Source: Tubulanus polymorphus
Lineage: Eukaryota > Animalia > Nemertea
Direction: 5' to 3'
NCBI RefSeq assembly: GCF_964204645.1
Contig: NC_134026.1
Coordinates: forward strand, 829,950-893,949
DNA: 64,000 bases
The notes beneath the pieces were generated by a model that saw only the letters and a list, made by a program, of their open reading frames with translations, was not told the DNA's origin and did not search any database. This document shows, piece by piece, positions 11,052 to 23,688 of this stretch. The position numbers were made by a program, and so were the translations under genes. Every line of letters starts with the position of its first letter. Position 1 is the stretch's first letter.

Positions 11052-14000
11052 TCAAATCTTTGACGATTTTGGTGTTCTTGGAGTTTTAGTGGATTTCGGG
11101 GTTTTTGTTTTAGAAGGTTTTGGAGTTTTAACTGATACATCTTCAACATTACCATTGATTGAAACATTTTCTAATTGACTTTCCGTACATTTAACTCCTA
11201 AATGTTTACTTTTCTTCGAAGATTTTGGAGTTTTTACAGGAATTTCAACTTCGGAATTCCCATTTTCAATTGAAGGAGTAACGTTAGTCTCATCAGTTTT
11301 CTTTAAAGATTTCGGGGTTTTATGTTTTTTACCCTGGGTTTTGGGCAGAGGCGATTCTAAAACAATACTAGACGTATCTAATTTTACATTTTCTTCTCCA
11401 TTCTTTTTCTTTTTAGAAGATTTAGGAGTTTTAGACGTTTCATTTTTAGGACTAGTAGAAATTTCTGAGCAGATATTCGCTGAAGATTCGGTTGACGATT
11501 CAGATTTACGTTTTCTGTTTTTCTTTGATGATTTTGGAGTTTGGTTTGTAATTTCAGTTGAATCTGGTTGATCCTCTGTCGGTATGCCGACACTAGTATC
11601 GCCGCCATTAGTTTCAGTTTGTGATAGCTTCCTCTTTCTTTTACACGCGATTCTAAAATACAAAATACGTAAATCAACATCAATCTAATAAATAATTGAC
11701 ATTAGAATTATCCATGATCCATGTTTTTAGTTCTGGTTTGTAAATTATAAACTGAGATTTACAATTTCCTTTCAAAAACTTCAGATTCAAAACTAAAGGG
11801 TTCGTAGCATCCTTTACATCTAACTTCAAGACTTGACAGGTTTCAAATAAATCAAGACTCCTGACCCTGTTTAACAGTTGTGAGTTCAGTTCAACTCTAG
11901 GGTCACGTTAACTATCTATGAATTTCTTCAACTTAAGAGTCATAATCTAACAGAACACTTCAACTCACAATGTATCTTGAAGCTTGAGAATACGATCACA
12001 AATCTTTCTCACATCCTTTTTCAACGATGGAATCGCTTTCAACTTCTCCACGTTTGATTTAATGTTTTCATCCAGTTTCTGAAAATCAACAAAATGTCAA
12101 CATTAGGAATTAACAGGATTTTCAGTTGAACGCAATCATCTAGTTCTCAGAATAGTCGAGTTGGTTAGTGAACTCACCAGGACAACGTTCGTACGTTCCG
12201 TTGTTAAAACAGTCTTCATGTAACAACTGAGCAGTTCTATCAGATATTTAGGTTTTATTTCACTTTCAGCCAGTGAGTTTTCCAATGCAGCGTTCACATG
12301 TTTTGAAAGTTCGCTAAAGAAGTCTTTCCATTTCGGTTTCATCGCCTCCATCTATATAGATAAGCATACAGAAAACTTATCATTTAGCTATCAGATAATC
12401 TTACTTCCATTAGCTTTACACTTATTTTCAAGTGAAAGAACTTCACTTACCACAGTTTTGGTAACCATCATTTTTAACATAGTACAAGCTTGAGTCTGAA
12501 ACAAAGAATGGGATAATGTTCAACCATTTGAGCATACATATCCATTGAACTTGATATTTTCTTTCCTTCAACATATTCATTATGTGGAACATTGCTGTAC
12601 ATAAGTAGACGAAGAGATACACAATATCCATGTATGATGATAACGAGAGAAATCCCACAATAACGAAACCAAGATTAGATTGAAAAATTCTATATCAGAA
12701 TGATTATATTTGAGGCAACTGTTAGCCATCATCAGGCTTACTGGGTACTACAATATGCCTGATGATGGCTAACAGTTGTTAGCCGAAACGTTGCTCTTCA
12801 AATACAATCATTCTGATATAGAATTTTTCAATTTTAGCTTTGTTATTGTGGGATTTCTCTTGTCTCGTGCTGTACATAAGAGTTACTGAAGATAAATACA
12901 AGACTAGATACAATACACAAGGAACATTAGGTTCATATACGATCAGATATATTCAACACAGGACTCTAGATGCAGTTGTAGATAAGACTTACCCGACAAA
13001 ACAGACGAACATCAGCATCAGTGATGTATGTCAGCAGATCTTTGGACAACGGCCACAAAAATATCTGTAAAACATAAACATTATTTACAATCAACATCGA
13101 GAGCACTGAACCAGTGAATGAATAAGTTACAGCGTAAATATGTTTGAGAACTTACAGGATGATTAGACATCATTCTATTGAATAATAAATGATTCAAGTG
13201 ACTGTCCCTACAATGAAAATGACAATTCATTAATTCAGAATGTTTTTCAACTTGAAATCACTAGATCACATTTTGTTTTCTCTGCTGTACCTTTTTTCCA
13301 TGAAATCTTTCAGAGCACTTCTCAAAACGTCCATTATTTCAATACTGTGAACATTAGTGTCCTATGCAAACAAAAGTAGTGAGTAAAATAATCAGGGTTG
13401 TTACAGATCTGGGAATCCAAAATTCCCCAATATTTTCCAACCCCTGATCTAAAGTCCCTGATCATAAGATACCATCAGAGGAGGCAAGATGTTTATTACA
13501 CTATTTGTTAAAAGGTTTCTTGAGAATCATGAATACACGCATTTAAAAGTTTCTGAATATCTACCTGTAATTCATCATCCCTTCTCCTCTCTTGACCGCG
13601 TGTTTTTGCAGTTTCTGGTGATTGAGACAGCAATTTGATCTAAACATTAAATTGATATCACAGTATTTACCAATCTGTTACAAAATAAATAGATGCTTTA
13701 CGCAAAAAAGAACGTACCAAAAATGCACAACCATTCGATATTTCATAGGGGGGTAGACCAGACGGTTTCAGTAACTGTTTAATCATTGATGATATACGAT
13801 CCCGATCTTCATGGCTTAATTTCACCAACTACACGAGTAAAACAATGAATAAAGAATTCAGTAATCAATATATAACGTGTACCGGGTCGTGTAATGGTTA
13901 AATTCGATTTAAAATCAGTACCGTCTTATGTTTACAAAGATGACGAAAAACGTTAGTAGATTTTTCGCACAGTTTTTTCAAAGCGACATCTTTTGCTCCG

Positions 14001-17000
14001 TAACTGATCAGATTCAATAGCGGAATAACCATTTCTAACAATACACACGGTGCAGTATCATCATTCTTTATCAACATCGTTAACAAGTCTAAACATCTAC
14101 AAAATTACAATCAGATACAGATGAAGGTGAACAAGAGTAGACAGGAACGGTTAGTGTCTATGATATTTCGTCAGGTAGCCTAGCTCAGTCAATTTTAGTT
14201 GTACATATCTGGTATAGGTCTTAAAAATATCCAGCAACACATGGGCAGCTCAACTTAAACATTCTTAATCCATTTTACATTGTATTGAATACACTGTATG
14301 TATATACACTGGTCATTCTAAGACCTATATCAGGTATGTACTACCGTACCAAGATTGACTAAGTTAAATATATTGAATTAGAAACTACTATATTATTGAA
14401 TACATATTTCTGACCTCATTTTATATTGCATCACTTGTTGTTTTTTTTCTTCCTCTTCTTTTTTACGTTTTCCCTTCGACATACTGCGGAATGCCTCGGC
14501 TAATGCATCGTCGACTCGAAACATCGCTTCATCGTCGAAATCTTCTTCATCCGATTCCTTAAATATACAAACAAACAATCTACAATCAATCTCACCATCT
14601 TGTACAGAAATTACTTCAAAACTGAAATCATACTCCAACTGGATGCTATGTTATGATATGACATGGTAAATATTCGAATTATCAGTACACCTATGTTTTA
14701 TAGGGACTCATAGAATTCTACATAAGCTCCCAGTTATCTGCGTTTATCCACCACTCCCGGCTACCGTCAAGTAAAAGCTTAGTCCGCCATAATCAACAAA
14801 ATTGCGGAGGTTCTGAAAGTGGTGGATAACTGGGGATTGACTATTTTGGAGCTGAATGGTTTCTTAAGTTTCTGTATTTTTGAAGAATAAATTTTCTGGT
14901 TTTTGACAAATGACGAATATTTTACATTTTCTACTGACCTCTTTTTCACTGTCAGCCGCAGCGCTTCCTAACGCTGCTTTCACCGTCTCCCTGAAATTAA
15001 CGTCGATATCCTCCTCGATATCGCTGTCTTCACTAACATCGCTGTCATCTTCATCATCAGCATCACTTTCATCATCATCTTCCTCTTTAGGTTCGGGTGT
15101 ATCATCGACGCTAACACTGCTTGGATCACTCAATAAGCTCTCATTCTCATTACCGCTGTCTACGTTCATATCTGTTATTAATAAATCACTCGTATTCATA
15201 ACAATTTCCTTGATAAAGGTAGATTTTTAACAGCGAGCTGAGAATGGTGTTTTACTGGAATTTTACTAACCTTCCTCCTCAAATGCTAAAACACCATCAT
15301 CTTCTTCATCTGGTTTTTCAGTTGTTAAAACCTTGAATTAAATACAATATACATATTACTTCTATTACAAACACAAATAACTTTTTTTAACTACAGAACA
15401 ATATCATGTTTACACGTAACTTACATCTATTATCAGTTTCACAGACGATGGAGTCATATGTGAACTGAGCAAACCGAACACGTCGTTTACGGCATTTCTG
15501 ATCAGATTCGAATTCAACGACAACAAACTCAAAAACAAATCGGTTATAACTTCAATCCATTCCTGACCATCTGAAAATAACATTGAGACAAATTATAATG
15601 AGACATAAATCGAAAATTCCTTGATTTCCAAGAAAGGATTCAGAATTCCCTGATTTTTCACCTCATAGGGGAAAATAAATCGAGATATTCCCTGATTTCC
15701 CCGAAGAACCCTGTACTAATAAGCTTTTTTTGCGCAAAGTACACAAAACAATATACCTGCATCATCATTCTTGGCAACTGATTTTCGGCGTTTGTGAAAT
15801 GCTTTCTGGTAACAGATATGAAGGTCCTGAAAATCAACACGAGGAAGATTTGAATTGAATTCTCAAGTAAAGCGAATCAACTGTCAACATTTCAGCGAAT
15901 ACGAACCTGCAATCCATCGATAGCATGTTGTTCATCTGTCAGTAACTGGAGACCCAAATGTAGGAATAACATCCCAAACGCGTGATTATCATTAATCGAT
16001 TTATCATGTTCAACCTGAAACAAGTTATATTCGTACAATAGGGTTTGGATTTGCTCTGATATTCAGATATCCACTGAACTAAATAACAAACCTTTCCAAT
16101 GATTTTTTGAACAGCTTTGTACATGTTCTGCCATTCTTCTTTTGCCTACCAAAACAAGTGGTGAACGTTTTCATTATAACATTAATCATGCGATAAACCT
16201 AATCACTTTTTGGAGAATTTCGGTATTATTTACCTCATCGCTCCACTGTTTCCTCAAACTGACAATCTTCGATGAATCAAGTAACTCCTGGAATGTACGT
16301 TATAACAAATCATGAGAATGTGAAATAGGAGAGAGAGCTGAAATAGGAAATATCTATCAACTAGCTAACTACATGTATAACTTACCTGGCCATATTGAAT
16401 TATGTCAAATAGGTTCTCCATATTATTAGTAAAATGTTCTGAAAAAACATTAAGATTTGAAATGTATTTTCAGTATTAAGATATGTATGAAACAGGTAGG
16501 TGAAATATGAATACTTACTGAGTTGACCTTCACCCTGATGATGGACAGACGTCATGCCATGCAGCGCTTTAGCGAACGAATCTTTTAGCATGTGCTGTAG
16601 TTTAGAGTTGATAGTTTGAGGCGGTATCATCTTTTCACACTGATACGGAGGTAGAACAAAAATTCATGAATAATTCTATACGACTCGTGCGAATAAGACA
16701 TCATTCAGTTTTACTTACGTGTAGTATATCCGCAGACGTCTTGTTTACGAGAAAGAATGAATGTAAGAACAAGAATTTGATGACTTTCCGTTGTTGTTCC
16801 GTCGGGAGATGACTACAAAGTAGAGTTAACTGCGATCCGGCCCAGTTACATACATCAGAAACATCCGATTTCTGTTCACTATAAAATACGAATAAACCTC
16901 GTTAATCCACAAGATTTCTTTCACATTTCGTTTTCACGACAGATGAATATCAGGTGTGCGTTTATCTTACCCAAAAATATTCTCATCGTGAAATAACTCC

Positions 17001-20000
17001 ATGCATTTTTCCGAAAACCATTGCGCAGCTTCTGGTTTCAACTGAAAAATTGGATTTGCAAATACTGTCTATAACAAACAGCCATTCTATTCACATAGGG
17101 TTATACACATTTATTGATTGTTGAACGATGTAAAACTTCTATTTCATAACACTTATTTTGAATTAACTGAAATAAGAAATAATTCTCGACTTACAGCAAG
17201 TAGAATGTGATGTATGGTTTTTGATTGTGTAATACTATCATACTGTACATTCCCGTGTAACAAACATTTCACGGCCGCTTTCTGCGTTTCCACATTCTCC
17301 GTATTTCGTACGTATTTCAGAATATCGTCATTCTACAAAAATGTTTCTAAAATATTGTAAACTACAGTAATCATCCCGTTACCTAGGAGCGGTGTGGCCG
17401 AGCGGTTAGAGCATTCGGCTCTGGGAAGCCAGGTCGTAGGTTCGAACCCCGTACATTGCCGTAGTGTCCTCGGGCAAGACACTTATCCTCATTGCCTCTC
17501 TCCACCCACGAGTAAATGGGTACCTGGTCTGATAGATGACTCCTGAGCGCCAAGCAGCTGCTCGGATGTTACCTCTCCCCAGGGAGAGATGACTGATACA
17601 TGGAATAGAGTTATAAGCTGGGGGTAATAATACCAAGTTTGGAGCGCATTTGAACAGACTCTAGTTCGGATACCTGCGCTATATAAATGTCAATTATCAT
17701 TATTACCTAGAAACATGGCCAACTGTTGACACGAACTTGGAGAAAATGTAATTACCGGTACTGTGCTAATTTTTCCAGTTTCAGTTTGTTTGACTATGCA
17801 TGTAGACTATCTACTTTCATTATATATATACAGTCAAAAACTGTACAAGGAAGGAAAATGGATAGTATTCAAGATACTCTTTATTGATCAGTAATTCAAT
17901 CAATATCGGTATTTCTTGAGATATGAAAACTTATATAATCATTTACCAATTTTTTGGCGACAGGATGCAGAGCTAATTTGCTAGATGCGATATTTGTCAC
18001 AATCATATCTCTGATCTCTGGTTTTAGAATTCTCTTGATCTGGTTAGCGCTAGGGTTTAGCTCTAAAGCCTGCGACACCAACTGTAGAGCCAAGTGCTTA
18101 TTCTTGACGTAATCATCAGAAATCATTGTACCTTAAAAATGAAAAATTGCAGAAGATGAAAAATAATGCGATAGATTTTCAACTAAAGACCTGACTAAAA
18201 ATGAGATTTCTTAAAATACTCACCCGCGACAACAGAATTCCAGAATTTTTCAAATATGTCTGATTGTAAAGCAGTCCTGAGGATTTCCACACAAACAGAA
18301 TGCATTGGAGGTTTATTAACCCATGAATTCTACAATAAATGCATTTTTCAATTAGATTACACTTAAAATCGTTTTTTAAGGGAATTCTGCGAAACACTGT
18401 AGCCTACATACCATCATAATTTCAGCTAAATATTTGAAGTTATGCTCGACCAAAATGGAACTTCCATTCCAGTGTTCCCTCATAAACTTCTCATTGATGA
18501 CAGTCTGAGAATAAATAGAACAAACATAAATCATTGAGAAATATACTCGCCATTGCATCTGATAAGTTCATTTGTCAAAATGATAACTTACTGGTTGTGA
18601 CCTGCTAATCAGAATCAACAGCAGTAAACTGTCGGCAGATTTACAATTTTTCCATCCTAAAGTCAGTTCCTCATTCAGTAGAGGTAAAATCGCTTTCGTG
18701 AAAATCTTTTGTGAAACCTAGAACGCGAAAAACGATCATTCATAAAAATTCCATCAATTCAGATCGTTTTTCATATCCTCGATGCTAAACTGACCTTGCT
18801 GGATATTTGGCTGATTGTATGAATACAAAGTTGTTGAAGAAAGTTTCTTTCTTGTCTTATTTGAAGCAAGCTATTCATAATTTTTCCGATATCTGAGTTT
18901 GATGCCTACAAATTTGAGCAGAGAAATATTGATTCCAATCCTCCAGAAATTGAAGACAGGAAATATATACATTTTCATAGATAAGATACTATTTTTCAGG
19001 TTCTGATGAATCCTTAGATTAAGCTCTTCATCAGGCACTGACAAAAACATCTTACATTTCACTTACATTTTTGACAATATCCGACTGCACTAGACACAGA
19101 TAGACCATCACCTGAGCCCTGTAAATACCTGTTCGATCCTACATTACAAATAGATAATATTCATTACACAATAATCCCTGACTAAAGATTATTTAGGGCC
19201 TGTTGATTGGATCGATCAGTACAGTTGATAGATCTACCTGTTTTGTATCTTTAGTTCCTACTGTAAACTCAGAGTCTGATAATTTCAGTAGCTGAGACAC
19301 ACTGATACTAGGAAACATCCGTAAAACCTGCAACAAATCAATTATTTATCAATCAATGGATCTTATATTTTTTCAAAAAAATCAGTCATCGAATACCGTT
19401 TTAATAAATACCTGGGTTAGGGCCATCGCGAAACCAGGACATGCCCACTGACGATTTGACGCAAGACCACGAATTAATCTTTTCAAAGTGTACATTAATT
19501 CCTTGTTTTCTTCCTAAAAACATAAAAAGTGGAAAAAATTTGTGCAAATTTAGATGCCACATTATCATGCACCAAAATAATGGAAATTGAAATTTTTCGG
19601 ACTAACTTTTCGAGACCTTTGTGATAAATTACACGGAAAAAATATTTTTGTGGAGGGACCGAATGAAACTGAAAACTGCACTGGCGCCCCAGATAATTTT
19701 ACGCGGGGGCGGTAAGCCTATTATTGCCTCGTCGGGAGCTGGATACCTCCTTGTAATTAAAAAACTAAATTAAAGCAATTCTTATATAAGAAACAATTGA
19801 TTAAAAATTCGCCAACCTCGTCATCTTCATCCTTTTCATCCTTAGATGGACGAGGAGTACTCGACTTCAGCTGGAGAATCTGAATTAGTTTTTCGCACGC
19901 ATTAAATCGAGTATTTTCATCCTCGACCGACAGGTTCCAAAATGTATCGAGTAGAGTTGAATCTACTGGGTGTATTTTCTTTTTTGGGCCGTCTTTAGAA

Positions 20001-20050
20001 TTCAGGGACGGCATTTTTGTGGCCGATTTCGATGTTTTTGTAGTAGACAT
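11052..20050 (-). CDS. MYBBP1A: Myb-binding protein 1A (Pol5 / DNA polymerase phi family, nucleolar), multi-exon
   Basis: N-terminus LLDTFWNLS..TRFNACEKLI; YTLKRLIRGLASNRQWACPGFAMAL; acidic tract then DDEAMFRVDDALAEAF..YKMRCLDLL; Lys/TPK-rich C-terminal tail; more than 20 GT-AG exons. Alternative ATG at 20014. Confidence 0.9.
12606..12867. mobile_element. Penelope-like inverted-repeat insertion with 13-bp TSD
   Basis: Long palindrome (arms about 12646-12737 and 12757-12860) flanked by the direct repeat TGCTGTACATAAG at 12593-12605 and 12868-12880. Confidence 0.75.
12757..12794 (+). ncRNA. Minimal hammerhead ribozyme motif (Penelope type)
   Basis: CTGATGA-T-GGCTAAC-AGTT-GTTAGCC-GAAAC-GTT: core boxes, 7-bp stem II and palindromic AACGTT stem III; stem I is weak. 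Confidence 0.6.
17387..17702 (+). mobile_element. tRNA-derived SINE (CORE-like central domain, L2-like tail), full length
   Basis: A box TGGCCGAGCGG, B box GGTTCGAACCC, central GTGTCCTCGGGCAAGACACTT..GTAAATGGGTACC, 3' GCGCTATATAAAT plus ATT tail; TSD TTACCTAG at 17379-17386 and 17703-17710. Confidence 0.9.
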
Positions 20051-20430
20051 GCTGAATCTGTATATATACACACGTGTGGAGCCGTTAAGTAAAACCAGTT
20101 GCTGAAATATCTAATCAATTAAGGACTATGATTTTCTATTCGTTAGCAATATTTTAATAGTTTTTCTATCCGATGATATAAGCGTACACAGAATTAATCG
20201 GGAATTGGCCGTAATTTGTGGTTTTTTTAATGTTTTGATGGTTTTGAACAATTAAATTGAATATCATCAGTTCAGCAAATTTGTCTGTCTTTGCGGATTT
20301 GACCACAAATACAATACAATAATACAACTTTATTCAAATTATTTAATCCATTTCCGCGTTTTATGCTTAACTATTGGTTATTCTGACAGGGAAGTTTTCC
20401 AAGATTTTGCATCTTATCTATTCAAATACG

Positions 20431-22205
20431 ATGTTATTTCTTGGTAAGTTGACCAAACAATCGTAAACCCAATTAACGACAATTACTTAGCGGTAGGGAA
20501 AAGGGGGAATTCGTAATTGTAGCAATCTGCCATCACACTGTGGTGTCATCCATCATCCTGACATCCATCAAATTGTCACAACACTGAACAACAAGCCCCT
20601 GTTGTAAATGTATCTAATTTCTTCTATTCGAAACATCTTCTATTCTCACTCATATCATGTGTATTCTAATCTTGCGATGATATTTTTCAAATCAACAAAT
20701 TCAGTATCGCCATTCATCTATATCAATCCATGCATTATTCCCTAGCCAAGAAGAGAGGAGGGGGAGATCTGCATGTAGTACTAATCATCCGTTTAATTTT
20801 GCCAGAAATCACCGAATCGCAAGTTGTCGCGTGTATCAGAAATCACACCGAATTGTTGGATCAGATTGTTATCGATGTTGATGAAGAAACGTGGATGAGA
20901 TGGCAGTTTCAACGAAATCAATCTTTAACAGTCGAACAATCATCTACAGCAGGTTCGTACGAGGAAGGTTTCTAGAGATGAATACGTCTCTGAAATGTGA
21001 ATTTTAATTCTATATGTTACTAGTATTTCTTGATAACAAATTTCGCTTGTAATCTTTCAGATTTGTATATTGTGTGGGTCTTGATCTTATCGTCTGTTGA
21101 CCACGTCAACAGCGTACCGGTTGTTCTACTAAAAAAACTAGAATTATTTTTTTACTTTCAGCTGAAGAAGTAAACGACGTCCCGAGGAAATCGATGAATA
21201 TTTACAACGAACCGCAAAATTCACGCGCAGAAAACTACGATTGCGCGGGAAACGATGAACTGATGGTGAATGCAAAAAATAACCGGCTAGAAACTGAAAA
21301 CAATCTGAACCATGACGACGGTCGGTATGAGTCACAATACGACGAAGACAGCTATGACGAGCATAGTTCATTATTACAGGATATGACGGCTGTTAGCGGT
21401 GATTTACACCGGATAGCTGCATCTACTAGCGGTTTAGTCAAACAAGAGCCTTTCGATATTTCATCGCAAGAATATTCGATAAATCAAGCACAAATATGTT
21501 CACAATTGCGTACGTAATTTCCTCATTAAATCTGCCATAATTTCAATTCAGATTTAGCGCACAATTTTACGTGTTTAATACGTAGGTCCACTTCAGGGGC
21601 CAGTTGCTCAAAAGTTGGTTAAAGATAACCGGCCGTTAAATACCATAGTTACAATGAAATTTCAATTGTCACCATATCAACTATCCACTGGTTAACTATA
21701 ACCAACTTTTGAGCAACCGGCCCCTGACGTTCTCTTAGACAAATTGGTAAATTATTACTTCTTTTTCTCAGGCTCAACCAAGAACAAGAAGAAGTGTTCT
21801 TCAACTCGCGGTAGTTCGGCTAAGATGACGAGACACGTCGGTGCATTACCGAAATCAACAGGTCAGATGTTTCCGCAGCCGCAACAACGTACAAACCATT
21901 CTATCTGTTACAATATTCACAATTCAGTTTTAACGAAGAAGTTATCGTTAAAACATAGCGATGATCGGGGGAGAAAATATCAGTGTAACTTGTGTAGAAA
22001 ACGCTTTTTAAACGCCGGGCACCTGAAAGAACATCTCGTTACACATTTCGACGTTAAACCGTTTAACTGTTCGGTGTGCAATAATTCATACACTCGACAA
22101 CGTAATTTAAGGAATCATTTTATACAAAGACACCCGCAACGACAAGATCTAATAGCTGCCGTTTCTAAAAATTCGTACAATCAGTTTCAACAGAATTCTA
22201 TCTAA
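20431..22205 (+). CDS. C2H2 zinc-finger protein, isoform A (shared exons plus terminal finger exon A)
   Basis: Putative exons 20431-20443 (start uncertain), 20806-20952, 21162-21509, 21772-22205, all joined in phase 1; two C2H2 fingers YQCNLCRKRF..HLVTH-FDVKPF-NCSVC..HFIQRH. Confidence 0.7.
21597..21723. mobile_element. PIF/Harbinger-type MITE family B, copy 1
   Basis: TIR GGGCCAGTTGCTCAAAAGTTGGTTA ... TAACCAACTTTTGAGCAACCGGCCC, flanked by CAG/CTG. Confidence 0.9.
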
Positions 22206-22554
22206 GACACGAGTCTTAATACCAGTCGTTGTTACGGGAACGACGGCTAGGTACTAGACTAGACACAGGATAATCCTTCCATAGATTTTACTGCTTGTTC
22301 CGTTATTTATTCACAGAATGCATTTTATTTGATTTTGTTAACAGATTTATATTTTATATATCTCCACTCATATGGATAATATTACTGTGTCTCGAGGGTT
22401 TCGACCGGGCTCAAACTTGATTGTGTTTATAAAATGTCAAAAAAGAACTTATTGAACTTAACCAAGATCTATTTAACAGCCCAGTTGCTGAAAATTGGAT
22501 GAAGTTATCCAGTGGGTATATTCGCGCTTACAATGAAGTTTTAAATTGTCACTA

Positions 22555-22806
22555 CAGGGTCCGATCTGAGCACTTGTCCGATTGCCCTGGACAAGTATAT
22601 TCTCATCGGGGCAAGTACCGGTAGGTTATCATTTTTACTTGTCCCCCGGGCTAGTGCAATTTTATGTCACAAAACTTTTTTCCCACTCGATACCACCAAT
22701 CGGACTGGCTGTGTAGTAGGGCAAGTAGCTTTTGGAGGGAGCAAGCGAAATATGAGATATGCTTGCCCCCCGGCCAAGTGGCTTTCATTCCTTAGATCGG
22801 ACCCTG
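22555..22806. mobile_element. MITE family A copy 2 (inverted relative to copy 1), nested in a decayed family B MITE (about 22478-22846)
   Basis: CAGGGTCCGATCTGAG ... CTTAGATCGGACCCTG; flanks TCACTA/TCACTG; surrounding sequence aligns with family B halves. Confidence 0.88.
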
Positions 22807-22931
22807 TCACTGTCTGTATCAACACTATCTACTGTTAAACTCTGACCTTGCCCCGAATTGTGCTGTTTTTTCTGCTCAGTAGTTCGTAGGTTAGTTATAA
22901 GTAAGTGACTTGATCTTCCTCCTCGTTGCAG

Positions 22932-23311
22932 GTGCTGTATCTATATCTCAATGTTCGACATCTTATCAACTGCTACCGACAACGGACGGAAGATCAAGTC
23001 ATCAAAAGCATTCACCAAATCGTCCGTTTAAATGTCAATACTGTCAAAAAATGTTTCGTTATCCGTGGCATTTAAAAGAACACGTTATCACGCACAGCAC
23101 GGTGAAACCGTTCACGTGTGTCGTTTGTACGAGGTCGTTTACGCGTAAACGACTGCTTCGATATCACATCGAAAAAACTCATCCCGAACGACAAGATTTG
23201 ATCGATTCGTTGAGAAATCCAGCATTCGATCGCATCGGGCCTTTAAACGCTACGTACTTCAAGGATAATTCACAACTACAGGATTTAAATCTTACCTTCA
23301 ATCCACCGTAG
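22932..23311 (+). CDS. Alternative terminal exon B of the zinc-finger gene (two C2H2 fingers)
   Basis: Acceptor CTTCCTCCTCGTTGCAG, phase 1; FKCQYCQKMF..HVITH-STVKPF-TCVVC..HIEKTH-PERQDLI; paralogous to exon A. Confidence 0.75.
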
Positions 23312-23389
23312 TTGTGTTCGTGTATCTCGATGCTTTATTCAGAAAGTTTTATGTTTAATGCAAGAAATTCATGTAGTGTCTGTTTAGAA

Positions 23390-23688
23390 CAGGGTTCTTA
23401 AGGGTTTTCGAAAGTCTTGGAAAGTTTTGGAAAATGTAAATTTTCCACAGCTCCTTGAAAAGCTATGGAAATTTAGTTCTTTTATCTATGTCTATGGAAA
23501 AGGTATAGAAGATAAGATTTTCCTTTTGTTTTGAATTATAGGCTATTTGCTTAATAAAAATACTTTGTCGATGGTATTGATAATTGGCGTTTAACTTAGA
23601 ATGGGCCTATGTTGCCTGTTCTAAGTTGGTAAAATCTGAGTATGGAAAAGTTATGGAAAATTAAATCGGGAAAACGATAATAACCCTG
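23390..23688. mobile_element. hAT-like MITE with internal TATGGAAAA subrepeats
   Basis: Termini CAGGGTT ... AACCCTG; flanks TTAGAA/ATAGAA. Confidence 0.65.

Noticed and set aside
17387-17460. tRNA gene
   Set aside because: A and B boxes are present, but there is no proper acceptor stem or terminator and the sequence continues into a SINE body with a TSD.
18995-19040. C/D snoRNA or hammerhead in a MYBBP1A intron (CTGATGAA...TTCATCAG)
   Set aside because: Too short for a C/D snoRNA and no GAAA box; only a small inverted repeat.
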